Shown here one piece after another: positions 10,464-18,813 of a stretch of 64,000 bases of DNA (the stretch's first letter is position 1; each line of letters starts with the position of its first letter). Under the pieces are notes generated by a model. The model saw nothing but the letters and a program-made list of their open reading frames with translations, was not told the DNA's origin and searched no databases. Made by a program: the position numbers and the translations under genes. Source of the stretch: Pseudomonadota bacterium. Lineage in GTDB: Bacteria > UBA10199 > 2-02-FULL-44-16 > JAAZCA01. Location: NCBI GenBank assembly GCA_043798915.1, contig JAZDOG010000020.1:48520-112519 (forward strand). The letters are read 5' to 3'.

Positions 10464-10778
10464 TTATCGATTGTGCTTGTTTTGCCAGCTCTTATAAAAT
10501 GCGCTGCTCTCCTTTGTGATGTCGATATCGAGCAGCGAATGACAAAAGGAAACGATGCCGAGCAGTGCCGCGACAACCCACAGAATTGCCTTTGCCCAGC
10601 TCCATACGGAAAATTTGTTTCTTATGAATGTGAGGCATAGAAAGGGGATGAAGATGATGGGCAGGATGAACAGATAGGTGATTCTGAAATCGGATGGAAT
10701 CTTGAACCAAAGGAGCAGCCAGGCAAAGATCAACATTGTGTTGACGGATATGTATATTGAATCGCGATTTAATTTCAT
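10464..10778 (-). CDS. Small hypothetical membrane protein (about 3 TM)
   Basis: Hydrophobic ORF filling the gap between manC and GT4 on the same strand; start uncertain. Confidence 0.5.
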   Translation of the reverse strand: MKLNRDSIYISVNTMLIFAWLLLWFKIPSDFRITYLFILPIIFIPFLCLTFIRNKFSVWSWAKAILWVVAALLGIVSFCHSLLDIDITKESSAFYKSWQNKHNR

Positions 10779-10800
10779 AAATCTGATTTTTTCCAAGAGT

Positions 10801-11751
10801 TCATCCGCGTTCCTTGGCCCGATTTGATTCCTCGTTGAGACAGTCAATCACTTCCTTCGGAGGGCTTATTTTGCCCGACGCATATAATTTTGCAACAATC
10901 TCCCATCCGCCCACGTCGGACCAGCCGACGTCGAGCGGGAGCACGATTGCGCGATCGATCTTTTCCATCAGGGCGCGATCGATGGAGATGCCGGGCGATT
11001 CATTAAAAAAAACGCACAGCGAGTCCTGGTCAACGATGCCATCTTCAATTTTCAGTTTCAGAGCGCAGGAGGCGATGTCAGGCGCATGTTTTTTTATAAG
11101 GCGCATCAGGACATCCGTCCGCCACACGAACATGCCGCTGTTCCAGAAGTAACAGCCTTCGCGGATATACTTCACGGCGGATTTACGGTCGGGTTTTTCG
11201 ACGAAACGATCGACCTCAAATGCCCCGTCCGGCCTTTTTTTGCCGCGCTTTATGTATCCATATTCCTGGGAAGGATGATTCGGGGTGATGCCAAGGATCA
11301 GCGGGGATTTCTCAGAATCAGCCAACGCTATGGCCCTCCTCATGATATCTATGTATTCCCCGTATTCCCCGGTTTTTTCGATGAGGTGGTCCGATGGCGC
11401 GGCAACCAAAACGGCATCCCGGTCTCGCGAGGCAACGATGGCGCCTGCGAGGGCTATGGCAGGGGCGGTGTTTTTTCTGAAAGGCTCGCCTATTATATTT
11501 GAAGAGGGAATCTGCCGCAGCTGTTCTTTGACCAGGGGTATGTATTCTTTGTTTGTGGAGACAAGGCATCGCTCAGGCGGCACCAGCCGGAGCATGCGCT
11601 CGCATGTCTCCTGAATCATCGTGCGTTTTGGATGCGTTATGGGGAGGAATTGCTTGGGTTTCCGGGATGTGCTGTAAGGGGTGAACCTCACGCCTTCGCC
11701 ACCGGCCAAGATCAAGACATAGGTTCTCTCCGAGACCGGTTTTTTCACCAT
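10801..11751 (-). CDS. manC: Mannose-1-phosphate guanylyltransferase (no C-terminal cupin)
   Basis: ILAGGEGVRF..PKQFL, KNTAPAI, PSDH, YGYI, FVEKPD, WNSGMF, SIDRALME, WSDVG. Confidence 0.9.
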   Translation of the reverse strand: MVKKPVSERTYVLILAGGEGVRFTPYSTSRKPKQFLPITHPKRTMIQETCERMLRLVPPERCLVSTNKEYIPLVKEQLRQIPSSNIIGEPFRKNTAPAIALAGAIVASRDRDAVLVAAPSDHLIEKTGEYGEYIDIMRRAIALADSEKSPLILGITPNHPSQEYGYIKRGKKRPDGAFEVDRFVEKPDRKSAVKYIREGCYFWNSGMFVWRTDVLMRLIKKHAPDIASCALKLKIEDGIVDQDSLCVFFNESPGISIDRALMEKIDRAIVLPLDVGWSDVGGWEIVAKLYASGKISPPKEVIDCLNEESNRAKERG

Positions 11752-11880
11752 GGGGAGGGATAGATTTTTGATTGCGCTATGTCAATGACGCAGTACGGTT
11801 CGGATAATGAAAGCCCTTGAATAAATTATGGATATGCTGTATTTATGATATGCTGGATGAGTTGGAAACGGGGACATGCC

Positions 11881-12765
11881 ATGTACAAAGCCTATTGGTC
11901 GCTCAGCATCAAGCCGTTTGAAAACACCCCTGATCCCCAGTTCATGTTCAACTCCGCAAAGCACGAAGAGGCCCGGATGCGCATGCTGTATGCAGCGCAT
12001 GAGCGCAAGGAGGGCGCGCTCCTCACGGGCGAGTATGGGAGCGGCAAAACGGTTTTATCCCGGGTGTTGCTCAACACCCTGGCTCGGGATGAGAAATACA
12101 GGACAGTTTTGATCCTGAATCCCAAGGTCTCTCATTCCGAAATGCTCAAGGAGATCCTGTTCCAGCTGGGCGAACCAGCCACCGACGGCAGCAGGATGGC
12201 CCTGCAGTATCAATTGGGGCGGCGGCTGGAGGGGTTGGCCGATGAGGACAGAAGCGCGGTCATAATCATCGATGAAGCCCAGGTTATGGATGCCAATGAT
12301 TTCAATGAGTTAAGACTGCTCTTGAATTTCAAACGAAGCGATCGCTTCCTCTTTACGCTCCTTTTGGTCGGTCAGACCGATCTCAAGGAGAAGATACTGT
12401 CGATAGAGCCTCTGAAGCAGAGGCTGGCCATGCGGTACCACCTGAGCGCCCTGGATGAGGCGGAGACGGCGGGATATATAGAGCACAGGTTGGGCATCGC
12501 AGGCAGAAGAAAGCTGACCTTCAGTCAAGAGGCTTCAAAGCTGGTATATCAGGGCTCCGAAGGGATACCGCGCAGGATCAACAACATTTGCGACTATTGC
12601 CTGTTGATCGGTTTTGGAAGAAAGGCGAGCCAGATAAGCGCGGGCATCGTTGAGGATGCCCTGAAAGACCTCGAAGAGAATGTCTGCGAAAAGAAGGAAG
12701 AGAGGGGCAAATGGTCAGGATTGCTGAAATCGTGCGCGAAGAGATTGGTGCCGACGAGACTCTGA
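11881..12765 (+). CDS. ExeA/GspA-type AAA ATPase (copy 1)
   Basis: KPFENTPDP, Walker A GEYGSGKT, Walker B IIDEAQ, LLVGQ, GIPRRIN. Confidence 0.9.
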   Translation: MYKAYWSLSIKPFENTPDPQFMFNSAKHEEARMRMLYAAHERKEGALLTGEYGSGKTVLSRVLLNTLARDEKYRTVLILNPKVSHSEMLKEILFQLGEPATDGSRMALQYQLGRRLEGLADEDRSAVIIIDEAQVMDANDFNELRLLLNFKRSDRFLFTLLLVGQTDLKEKILSIEPLKQRLAMRYHLSALDEAETAGYIEHRLGIAGRRKLTFSQEASKLVYQGSEGIPRRINNICDYCLLIGFGRKASQISAGIVEDALKDLEENVCEKKEERGKWSGLLKSCAKRLVPTRL

Positions 12766-13841
12766 TCCCGGACCGCGCGCCAGCGCAAGAGCAGCGCGAT
12801 TCGACTCCGCGCGAGAAGGATGTGAACTTCAGGCTTTCGTCTTCTCTGGCGGATGAGATGATGAACAGGCAGGTCGCATCGGCGCAGACGGGCGATGTCG
12901 AAGGCCATGATTACAGCCTGAACGAACACACCGAAAAAAACTATGCGCGCCTGCTCGTCGTGGCCAGGGAAGTGATGCGCAATGCAGAGAACGGCCTTCC
13001 TCTCGATTGCCGCAGCGTTGAACGGGCCGCGGGCGACCTCATCGATGAATTTGTGAGCGGAAATGAGCAGCTGATCGCCGCTGCCTGTTCGCCGGTCAAG
13101 GGGGATGAAAATTATCTTTATGCGCACATCGTGAATGTCACCATATTGTCTCTGGCGATGGGCATGGACCAGAAGCTGAATATTTCAAAATTGATCGATC
13201 TGGGTGTCTCGAGCTTTTTTCACGACGTCGGAATTACAAGGGTCCTCCATCTTGTGAATAAGCAGGATTATTTGAGTCCGTCCGAAAAGGGATTGGTGAG
13301 AGAGCACCCCATGTTCGGAGTGGAAATTCTCAAGAAGACATCTGGCATCAGCGACACCGTTCTCAAGGTTGTCTATCAGGAGCATGAGCGCCTTGACGGC
13401 TCCGGCTATCCTGAGGGGATCACCGATGCAGGGAAGCTTGACGAATGCTCGCGCATAGTGGCTGTGGCGGACGTGTTTGAAGCGATCACGCACAGGCGCC
13501 CGCATCGCGACGGTGTTTTGCCGCACGAGGCGATGAAGCGCATGCTGGGCAGCGAAGAGGTCGTCAAATTTGACTCCGGGGTGCTCAAATCGCTGGTGAA
13601 TCGCGTGGGGATATATCCGGTCGGGAGCTGGGTCAGGCTATCGAATGGAGAGGTGGCCAGGGTCGTGGGGCTGAATGCGGGGCGGGCCCTGAAGCCCAAA
13701 GTAAAAGTGATATTCGACAAGGACGGGTGGAAATTGCGGGAGGCGAGGCTGCTGAATATGGCCGATTGTGACGCAATCCAGATCGTAAAGCTGGTTGGCG
13801 ACAGCGAGCTCAATGGATATTTTAATAGAAGTTTGATATAA
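12711..13841 (+). CDS. HD-GYP domain protein (putative cyclic dinucleotide phosphodiesterase)
   Basis: FHDVG, HERLDGSGYPEG, VADVFEAITHRRPHR, GIYPVGSWVRLSNGE. Confidence 0.9.
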   Translation: MVRIAEIVREEIGADETLIPDRAPAQEQRDSTPREKDVNFRLSSSLADEMMNRQVASAQTGDVEGHDYSLNEHTEKNYARLLVVAREVMRNAENGLPLDCRSVERAAGDLIDEFVSGNEQLIAAACSPVKGDENYLYAHIVNVTILSLAMGMDQKLNISKLIDLGVSSFFHDVGITRVLHLVNKQDYLSPSEKGLVREHPMFGVEILKKTSGISDTVLKVVYQEHERLDGSGYPEGITDAGKLDECSRIVAVADVFEAITHRRPHRDGVLPHEAMKRMLGSEEVVKFDSGVLKSLVNRVGIYPVGSWVRLSNGEVARVVGLNAGRALKPKVKVIFDKDGWKLREARLLNMADCDAIQIVKLVGDSELNGYFNRSLI

Positions 13842-13861
13842 AGATCAGAGTCTTTTATACT
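13833..13861 (+). promoter_or_regulatory. Sigma70-like promoter for wza-wzc
   Basis: TTGATA (13833-38), 17-bp spacer, TATACT (13856-61). Confidence 0.55.
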
Positions 13862-13886
13862 GAGTCAGTTTTTACGCAAGGCGGGG

Positions 13887-14639
13887 GTGTTTGTGAGGTT
13901 CTTTTCTCTCAGCGTTGTCGTTTTCATAATCATGGTCGCCAGCGCGGGTTGTGCCACCTATGCTCACACTCAAGGTAAACATGCGCCCGCAGCTGCGTCT
14001 GCGAAGGGCGAATTAGCTGCAGTTCCTGCCATGCCGCCGAAGATCATGCCTTACAGGATAAACGTGGGAGATGTTATCGAGGTCTCCGTGTGGCGGACCA
14101 AGGACATGGACAAGGACGTCATCGTCAGGCCCGACGGCGTCATATCATATCCTCTCGTGGGCGATGTCCCTGTCGTGGGTCTGACGCTGACTGAACTGGA
14201 CCGCAAGCTCACCACGGACCTCAAGGCGTTTATCCGGAATCCGATCGTCTCCATCGCGATAAAGAAATTTGGAGGCACAAAGGTTATCATCCTGGGCGAG
14301 GTGAAGGCGCCTGGCGTCTATACGCCATCGGGTCAGGGAAGCGTCCTCGAGCTGATCGCCTTGGCCGGCGGTTTTACGGACGATGGGGTCCGGAGCAGGA
14401 CGCTCCTGATACGAGGCGGGCTTGAGAGTCCGAGACCCATTCCTCTGAACCTCGCTGCGGCGCTTGCGCGGGGCGATCAGGACGAAAATCCGCCCCTGAT
14501 GCCGAATGACATAGTCTATGTGCCGAAGAGCGCCACGGCCTCGTTCAATTATATCATGAAGCAGATAACTCCTGTGCTGTCCAACTTCCTGCTGGGCACG
14601 ACGATCGCCAACGATTTCGGCTGGCGCGGGACGCGATAG
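13887..14639 (+). CDS. wza: Polysaccharide export lipoprotein (Poly_export + SLBB)
   Basis: Lipobox SAGC; YRINVGDVIEVSVW, VRPDGVISYPLVG, LGEVKAPG, AGGFT, LMPNDIVYVP. Confidence 0.88.
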   Translation: MFVRFFSLSVVVFIIMVASAGCATYAHTQGKHAPAAASAKGELAAVPAMPPKIMPYRINVGDVIEVSVWRTKDMDKDVIVRPDGVISYPLVGDVPVVGLTLTELDRKLTTDLKAFIRNPIVSIAIKKFGGTKVIILGEVKAPGVYTPSGQGSVLELIALAGGFTDDGVRSRTLLIRGGLESPRPIPLNLAAALARGDQDENPPLMPNDIVYVPKSATASFNYIMKQITPVLSNFLLGTTIANDFGWRGTR

Positions 14640-14656
14640 CGGGCGTCTAAAAAATA

Positions 14657-16645
14657 ATGCAGAGACTGGAATTCAACCTCTCCGATTATTGGCGCATCGT
14701 CAGGCGTCGGAAAGCTGTCATCATCGCTTCCGCGCTGTTTGTGACGGCTATTGTCTTTTATAAAAATTATACAACACCCCCGCTCTTCAAGGCCTCAGCC
14801 GTGGTAATGGTGGAGATGGCCACTTCGCTCATGACGGGCGCCCGCGATTACTATTATCCTTATGAAGGGGATTTTTTTGAGACGCAGCAGCATGTCATTG
14901 CCAGCAAGCCGGTGGGCGAGGAGGCAGGAAGGTACATCGGGCTCATAAGCGAGACGACGCCTGCGGAGGAGCGCGACAGGATCGCGGCTGGGCTGGCCGG
15001 CAGCGTCAACGCCGATAAAGTGGGTTCGACCAACCTCATCAGCATAAACGCCACGGCCGTGGAGGCCGGGAAGGCGGCTGCGATTGCCAACGCCATTGCC
15101 CACGGTTATCAGGTCTGGAGTTTGAAAAACAGAAACGAACAGGCGCGCAAAGTCAGGGAATTCGTGGAGGGCCAGCTCAAAGAGACAGGCGCGCGTCTTG
15201 CCGAAGGGGAAGATACGCTCAAAAAATTTCAGGAATCTTCGGAGGAGGCCGGCCAGATCACGGCGCTCCAGTCTCAGCTGATGAACCTCCAGGTGGATAT
15301 GGCCACCCTGCTTCAGCAGTATACCGAACAGCATCCGGATGTGATCGAACAGCGGGCAAGGATTGCCGAGGTGAAGGAGGAGATGGCAAGGAATCCGGGG
15401 CTGCAACTCGAGTACGCGCGCTTGAAGCGCGAGGTCGACACGAACAACGCGCTTTATTCCAATTTGAGACAGCGGTATCAGGATGCGAAGATCAGGGAGG
15501 CTGAGAAGATCAGCGGCGTCACCATAGTCAACGCCGCGGAGGTTCCGGGCTACCCCATAAGCCCAAAGACAAGGGCCAATACGATGTTTGCGCTCATGGT
15601 GGGCCTGCTTCTGGGCTTTGTTCTGGCATTCGTGAAGGAAAATCTGGATACCTCCATAGCGACCATCGAAGATGTGGAGGATTTTCTCGGTTTGCCGATC
15701 CTGGGCGTCATACCCCAGATGGAGACCGATGCAGGCGGCGGGCGAAAGTTTTCCTTCTTCAGGCTCTTCGAATCGTTTATCCCGTCGCCTCCGCACATCA
15801 CCAAGCGCGAGATGAGAAGGCTGCTCGTCCTGATCGGCGGGGGGACTTCGGCGCCGGTTGAGGCCTATAAGACTTTGAGGGCCAATATACAGTTCGCGGT
15901 GTTGCAGAAAAAAAGCCGGGTGCTCCTGTTCAGCAGCTCCGGCCCCCATGAAGGAAAGACGATAACCGCCAGCAACTGCGCCATAGCGTTCGCACAGAAC
16001 GGCCAGAAGGTCCTTCTGGCCTCCGCAGATCTCAGGCGCGCCGGGATTGCGGATGTCTTCGGGCTGCGCAGCGAGCCGGGGCTCTCGGAAGTGATAAGCG
16101 GCGACGTCGATTGGAAAAAGTCGCTGCGCACAATCGAGGATCTGATGGTGGGAGAACTGGACACGGCGAAGCTCCTTGAGACGCCGGGCATCGACAACCT
16201 GTCGATCCTCACGGCCGGCCGAGTTCCGCCGAATCCGGCCGAGTTCCTCCAGTCGGAGCGCATGAAGAGTTTTATAAAGGAGGCGCGCGAGGTTTTTGAT
16301 TTTGTCCTGCTGGACTGCCCTCCTGTGCTGCCGGTGAGCGACGCCCTCGTCCTTTCGCCCTTCGTGGACGGCATCGTCCTCATTTACCAGACTGGCCAGA
16401 CGGCCCGCGGTGCGCTCAAGCGTGCAAAATCGATGCTGGCATCGGCGGGCGTGGAGATACTCGGCGTGGTGCTCAATGGCATCAAGGCCCAGGAGATGAA
16501 GCTGGCGCCATCCTATCGCTACTATGGCGGGTATTACGGCGGCAAGTACGGCAGCGCTTATGGGTATGGATATGGCCCCGAGGAGGAGCCTAAAAAAAAG
16601 CCGGGCTGGTGGCCTTTCGGAAACAAGGTTAAGAAACAGGAATAA
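14657..16645 (+). CDS. wzc: Polysaccharide co-polymerase / BY-kinase
   Basis: Two TM helices around a coiled coil (YTEQHPDV); Walker A SSGPHEGKT, ADLRR, PPNPAE, LLDCPPVL; C-terminal Tyr cluster YRYYGGYYGGKYGSAYGYGY. Confidence 0.92.
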   Translation: MQRLEFNLSDYWRIVRRRKAVIIASALFVTAIVFYKNYTTPPLFKASAVVMVEMATSLMTGARDYYYPYEGDFFETQQHVIASKPVGEEAGRYIGLISETTPAEERDRIAAGLAGSVNADKVGSTNLISINATAVEAGKAAAIANAIAHGYQVWSLKNRNEQARKVREFVEGQLKETGARLAEGEDTLKKFQESSEEAGQITALQSQLMNLQVDMATLLQQYTEQHPDVIEQRARIAEVKEEMARNPGLQLEYARLKREVDTNNALYSNLRQRYQDAKIREAEKISGVTIVNAAEVPGYPISPKTRANTMFALMVGLLLGFVLAFVKENLDTSIATIEDVEDFLGLPILGVIPQMETDAGGGRKFSFFRLFESFIPSPPHITKREMRRLLVLIGGGTSAPVEAYKTLRANIQFAVLQKKSRVLLFSSSGPHEGKTITASNCAIAFAQNGQKVLLASADLRRAGIADVFGLRSEPGLSEVISGDVDWKKSLRTIEDLMVGELDTAKLLETPGIDNLSILTAGRVPPNPAEFLQSERMKSFIKEAREVFDFVLLDCPPVLPVSDALVLSPFVDGIVLIYQTGQTARGALKRAKSMLASAGVEILGVVLNGIKAQEMKLAPSYRYYGGYYGGKYGSAYGYGYGPEEEPKKKPGWWPFGNKVKKQE

Positions 16646-16689
16646 GATCCGGATGATGGACCAAGAGATAGACCAGGAAATATCCCCTT

Positions 16690-17472
16690 ATGCCAAATTG
16701 TCGCCTGCATTGCCGCCTGTCGCCGCGCGATTATGATCGCGGGTGGCTGCAGTTCTTTGAAACAAACGGCCTCGTCCCTGAAATTTATTTCGTCGACAAT
16801 GATCTGGAAGATGGGCAGGGAAATGCGCTGGGTGAAATTGCGGATTGGCTCAAATCCAGAAACTTAAGGCCGTCCCTTCATGCCCCGATCGGGAGCGGCG
16901 ATCCGGTCGTGCTGGATGACGCAGCAAAGAATTATGGGCGCCGGATGACCGGGCAGATCGCCGCCATGGCGCGGAAATTCGATGCCAGGGTCGTGGTCTT
17001 TCACCCGGTTTTCGACAAGTACAGCGTCGGAAAGAAATTTCCGAAATGGGTGGAAGAAAATCTGGATTTTTTTGAAGGGGTCCTCAACAGGACAGCTGGC
17101 CTCGACACGACGATCGCAGTCGAGAATATTTTCAGCGACCAGCCTGACCCGATAGCTGAATTGATCTCCGATCTTGGTTCCGAAAGATTCAGGTTCTGCT
17201 TCGATGTGGGGCATTTCAACAAATATTCCTCCGTCGGTCTTTCAAAATGGTTCAAGCTTCTTGGCGACAGGATCTGCGAGATTCATGTCCACGACAATTT
17301 CGGAAAACACGACGAGCATCTCCCTCCCGGCGAGGGCAATTTTCCGTTTAAAAAGCTTGTGGATTTTATAAACAGCGTCGATCGCGAACTCATTCTCACG
17401 ATAGAAACAGTGGACAGAGAAGCTGCGCTCCGCGCCGTCGGCAATTTAAAGGGGTTTTTAGGGATAGAATGA
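16690..17472 (+). CDS. Sugar phosphate isomerase/epimerase (AP endonuclease 2 TIM barrel)
   Basis: SLHAP, VFHP, AVENI, CFDVGH, IHVHDNFG..DEHLPPGEG. Confidence 0.85.
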   Translation: MPNCRLHCRLSPRDYDRGWLQFFETNGLVPEIYFVDNDLEDGQGNALGEIADWLKSRNLRPSLHAPIGSGDPVVLDDAAKNYGRRMTGQIAAMARKFDARVVVFHPVFDKYSVGKKFPKWVEENLDFFEGVLNRTAGLDTTIAVENIFSDQPDPIAELISDLGSERFRFCFDVGHFNKYSSVGLSKWFKLLGDRICEIHVHDNFGKHDEHLPPGEGNFPFKKLVDFINSVDRELILTIETVDREAALRAVGNLKGFLGIE

Positions 17473-17978
17473 AAAAGAGCGGCCGTCCGTGGATCGTCGT
17501 GGCCTGCTATGTCGCGCTGATGTATCTTGCGACGTTCATCGCGAGTGCAACCCGGCTTCTCGACGACAGGGTCAGGACGGCAAACCTTTCCATTGTTGCG
17601 TACATAGTCTTCGGGATTGCGCTGATCGCCCTGGTTGTTTTAAGGTTCGGTTTCAAAAACGCTTACGGGTGGATATACACGGGTTTTTTTGCGGCGCTCC
17701 TTGCGATGGTGGCTTTCTACCTCCCGGAGCCGAAAGACCGGCTGCATTTTCTTGAGTATTGTTTGATGTTCGTCCTGATCTATGCGGCCTTTAAAAGGAG
17801 CGTCGGAGGTCCTCTGCGCTACGCCCTGGCCCTGATCTCGATTTTTGCTCTTGGCATTTTTGACGAAACGCTGCAGTCTTCCTATCCGAACGGTTTCTTT
17901 GACTTTTCGGATGCCTTGCACGACGCATTTGCCGGCTATGTTGCGGCCGGCGCAGTCCTCATTTGGGAAAGGCTCTGA
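17469..17978 (+). CDS. VanZ-like membrane protein
   Basis: DRLHFLEY, GIFDETLQ, FDFSD in a multi-TM protein. Confidence 0.75.
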   Translation: MKKSGRPWIVVACYVALMYLATFIASATRLLDDRVRTANLSIVAYIVFGIALIALVVLRFGFKNAYGWIYTGFFAALLAMVAFYLPEPKDRLHFLEYCLMFVLIYAAFKRSVGGPLRYALALISIFALGIFDETLQSSYPNGFFDFSDALHDAFAGYVAAGAVLIWERL

Positions 17979-17979
17979 C

Positions 17980-18795
17980 ATGTATAGAAAATATTGGGGG
18001 TTGACGGAAAAGCCGTTTGAGAACACGCCTGACCCGCGTTTTTTCTACCGTTCTCAGGAGCATGAGGAGGGGCTTCTGCGCCTGCTCTATGCCATTCAGG
18101 AGGCCAAGGGCGCCGCCATGCTCACGGGCGTGTTCGGCTGCGGCAAGACGCTGCTCGGCAGGGAGCTGATGAGGGAGATGGGCAAGGATGTCTACAAGGT
18201 CGTCTGCATAAGCAACCCTCTCCTTACTTCTCTGGAACTCCTGATGATGATAACCACCGAGCTGGGCGTCACCGATCTGCCGACAAAGAAGACGGAAGTG
18301 CTGACCAGCATGGTGTTGCAAAGGCTGGGCTGTGCGCTGAACAACAACCTGAACGACGGCAGGCGCACGGTGATTATCATAGACGAGGCCCACATAATCA
18401 CCGAGCATGATGTCTGGGAAGAGCTGCGCCTTCTTCTGAACTACCAGCTCGATTCGGCATTTCTTCTGACGCTCCTCTTGATGGGCCAGCCCGAGCTCAA
18501 AAAAAGCATCGACAGCAACAAGCAGCTCTCCCAGAGGATCGCAATCCGCCATCACCTCAAGCCCTTGAGCGTGGAAGAGACAACCGACTACGTCCTCCAC
18601 CGCCTGAATGTCGCCGGGCGTTCGTCGGCGCTCTTTGACGACGAGGCGCTGAAGGTCATCTATGAAAAAGCGGGCGGCATCCCCCGCCGCATAAATCACA
18701 TATGCGATCTGTGCCTGCTCACCGGCTTCAGCAGAAATCTCCAAATGGTCGGAGCCGACGTGGTGCGCGAGGTGGCCGCCGATCTGGAAGGGTGA
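17980..18795 (+). CDS. ExeA/GspA-type AAA ATPase (copy 2)
   Basis: KPFENTPDPRFFY, Walker A GVFGCGKT, IIDEAH, LMGQPEL, GGIPRRIN. Confidence 0.9.
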   Translation: MYRKYWGLTEKPFENTPDPRFFYRSQEHEEGLLRLLYAIQEAKGAAMLTGVFGCGKTLLGRELMREMGKDVYKVVCISNPLLTSLELLMMITTELGVTDLPTKKTEVLTSMVLQRLGCALNNNLNDGRRTVIIIDEAHIITEHDVWEELRLLLNYQLDSAFLLTLLLMGQPELKKSIDSNKQLSQRIAIRHHLKPLSVEETTDYVLHRLNVAGRSSALFDDEALKVIYEKAGGIPRRINHICDLCLLTGFSRNLQMVGADVVREVAADLEG

Positions 18796-18813
18796 CAGCA
18801 GGGGAGCCATCGG

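Noticed and set aside
16510..16575. Repetitive TAC/TAT-GGC tract
   Set aside because: It encodes the Wzc tyrosine cluster; not a CRISPR or independent repeat.
11881..18795. Type II secretion system suggested by ExeA homologues
   Set aside because: No secretin, pseudopilin or GspE/F genes in the window.
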